A stretch of 61,181 nucleotides of DNA, filler included, from Globobulimina sp. (Eukaryota): assembly GCA_003354225.1 (NCBI GenBank). It is 7 parts of 7 records of this genome, joined end to end, with 100 filler letters (N's around TTAATTAATTAA, not from the genome) between each part and the next. Parts side by side here need not be neighbours in the genome. Positions count along the whole stretch, not along the records: positions 52,567 to 61,181 come from PIVH01000074.1; 6 more parts are not named here. The stretch is one strand, 5' to 3'. Positions 59,460 to 61,181 of the stretch are shown in pieces. Under the pieces are notes generated by a model that was not told the origin of the DNA, made no database searches, and saw nothing but the letters and a program-made list of their open reading frames with translations. Both the position numbers and the translations under genes were made by a program. The number at the start of each line of letters is the position of its first letter. Positions within the stretch are counted from its first letter, which is position 1.

Positions 59460-61181
59460 TTGTACATAGTAAATGAGAAGATAGTCATGGAATTATTTAG
59501 AACATCTTACAGAAGTTCGAAATATAGGATTTCAAGGCTGTATAAAAGGAGATGGTATTGGTATGATATAATTCTTCCATTTATTGAAATGTGTGATAAT
59601 GAAGAGGTCGTTTATCGTTTTATGTGTATTATTATGAAGAATAATTTAGAATTTGGGTGGAAAATAGGGATAGAAAATCCAGAACATAAAAAATTAAATC
59701 AAGAGACCTATTCTGAGAAAGAAATGGATCGAAAAAGTAGGATGGCCATAGCAATGGATTTGACGCAAAATATGAATATTGGTAAAGCAGTCGGTTGGTT
59801 AGGGAGTCCAAATGGGATCGTCCCGTTGTTTACGAGAGAGAAAGATGTTGATCCAGTGACGGGAGAGGTATTTGAATACAGAATAATTAGAGATGGAACA
59901 AAGGGATCAAAAATGTATCCATCATTGAATGATTTGACGCCGGATCACAAAGCAAATATAGTTTTGATTTATTTAAAGGATATTTGTACATATTGTTATA
60001 TTATGTATTTGATATGGGGACCGGGCTTCAAATTGGCCAAAACAGATTTGGCGACAGCATTTAGGCAGTTATATTTAGCAATAACTGAGCCTGAAAATTG
60101 TATTTATAAATTTGATAATAAATTAATTGCAGATTTATATGATTTTTGGGGAACCAGATCTGGTTCAAAACATACGCAAGATGTGGGACAATTGATTTGT
60201 AGGTATTTTAATATAAAAATAAATGGTTTAAATTTATTAAATGATATTAATGAAGGCATTGAAAAAAGAAATTTATTATATTTCTTTAGGAAGTTTAATA
60301 AAAAAATGAATGAAAAAATGAATGAAAGAAATAGGAATTATATTTATGATAATAAACTATTATTTAAATGGGATAGATTATGTGTAAAGAGATGGTTATT
60401 GGAGAATGAATTGGTGGAATTAGTCGTATTCGTAAAAAAACTTATTGTTTAATGGGATGCGATTACTGTCTTTTAATATACACAAAGCGAGAGAGGTTTT
60501 ATCAGAGAATGAATTAGAAATTTTTATGGAGATGGATTTCTTTGATAAGTTAATTGAATTAAAATTAGAATGCAAACAATTATTAAAAGTAATTGTGAAT
60601 AACTATGTTGATGATTACATGTTATTTCTCCCTCCCTCGCAGTCAGTGGCGAATGATTTATTTAATCAGTTTTGTGATTTTATGAAGGAAGCAGGGTTGG
60701 TGGAGAAGGAAAAGAAAAGAGAAGGACCGGAGGACTATTTGGATCTGATTGGTTTTGATGTAGATACAATGAATATGGATGTCATAATGAGGGAGGAGAA
60801 GATATTTAAAATTGAACAATTACTAAATGCAGCGCTATTTCATCAGGTTGTGGATTTGGTAACGTTTGAGTCGATTGTAGGGAAATTACAGAATTTCTCT
60901 GGTTTCAAATGGCCGGGAAAGGCTTTTTTGAAGAGACTCAGAGATAAATTATATAAATATATTAAGTTATATGGTAGAAAGAATGTGATAATCATATTGG
61001 AGAGATGGGAGATGTTGGATTTTTTGTGGTGGAAGAAGTACATTAGGATTGTATACAAAGTATCAATTTTTGATGTATGTGATCCAATATATCCAGAGGA
61101 TGAAATACATTTTGATGCAGCGACTAATGGCAGTCGGGAGACAGGTTGGTGTCCGGCGATTGGTTGTTGGTACAAAGGCAA
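59460..61181 (+). CDS. Reverse transcriptase-RNase H (pol) with a +1 frameshift at ~60434-60440
   Basis: YRIIRD, GPGFKLAKTDLATAFRQL and FWGTRS in frame 3; NYVDDY (60601-60618), LIGFDVDT, ESIVGKL and HFDAA in frame 1. Confidence 0.92.

Larger units (their letters stand above)
52567..61181 (+). mobile_element. Ngaro/DIRS-like tyrosine-recombinase retrotransposon, circularly assembled (8496-bp unit)
   Basis: gag, RT-RNase H and YR are all on +. 52567-52685 is identical to 61063-61181, and the RNase H frame runs through the join. Confidence 0.92.

Noticed and set aside
60203-60589. RT insertion interpreted as a simple intron from AG|GTATTT
   Set aside because: The AG sites just before YVDD (60549, 60568, 60589) do not restore the frame from that donor, and the region is open apart from one indel. 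Not fully excluded.
61063-61181. 119-bp terminal direct repeat read as an LTR
   Set aside because: It lies inside the RNase H coding sequence and looks like an assembler overlap, not a biological terminus.

Overview
The window is seven unrelated ~8.6-8.7 kb contigs joined by artificial 100-nt spacers (44 N + TTAATTAATTAA + 44 N): 1-8679, 8780-17454, 17555-26227, 26328-34999, 35100-43746, 43847-52466 and 52567-61181. Most of it is AT-rich, gene-dense eukaryotic DNA with short (~50-70 nt) GT-AG introns. It resembles a rhizarian/foraminiferan-type protist, but that is inference. Host genes include an arylsulfatase/beta-helix membrane fusion, a PH-F-box-LRR protein, a degenerate formin-like protein, G-protein gamma, a CaaX-tailed alpha-kinase, a C2H2 zinc-finger protein, a UBR-type E3 ligase, a tandem HAD_SAK_2 protein, Mpv17/PMP22, DUF547, an MFS transporter and a multi-LOTUS protein. 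The main highlights are: (1) the last contig is a circularly assembled (119-nt identical ends) ~8.5 kb Ngaro/DIRS-like tyrosine-recombinase retroelement whose RT has a ~120-aa SAM-like insertion and a frameshift, and whose gag appears split by a spliceosomal intron; (2) an IS607-type TnpA overlapping a truncated Fanzor2/TnpB at the window start, near telomere-like repeats; (3) an internally deleted LINE inside an Mpv17 intron; (4) two MITE families; (5) a large modular acidic/Cys/His/cationic membrane protein. Bacterial-looking fragments (YebC, TonB-receptor-like) at contig edges suggest amplification or assembly chimeras.
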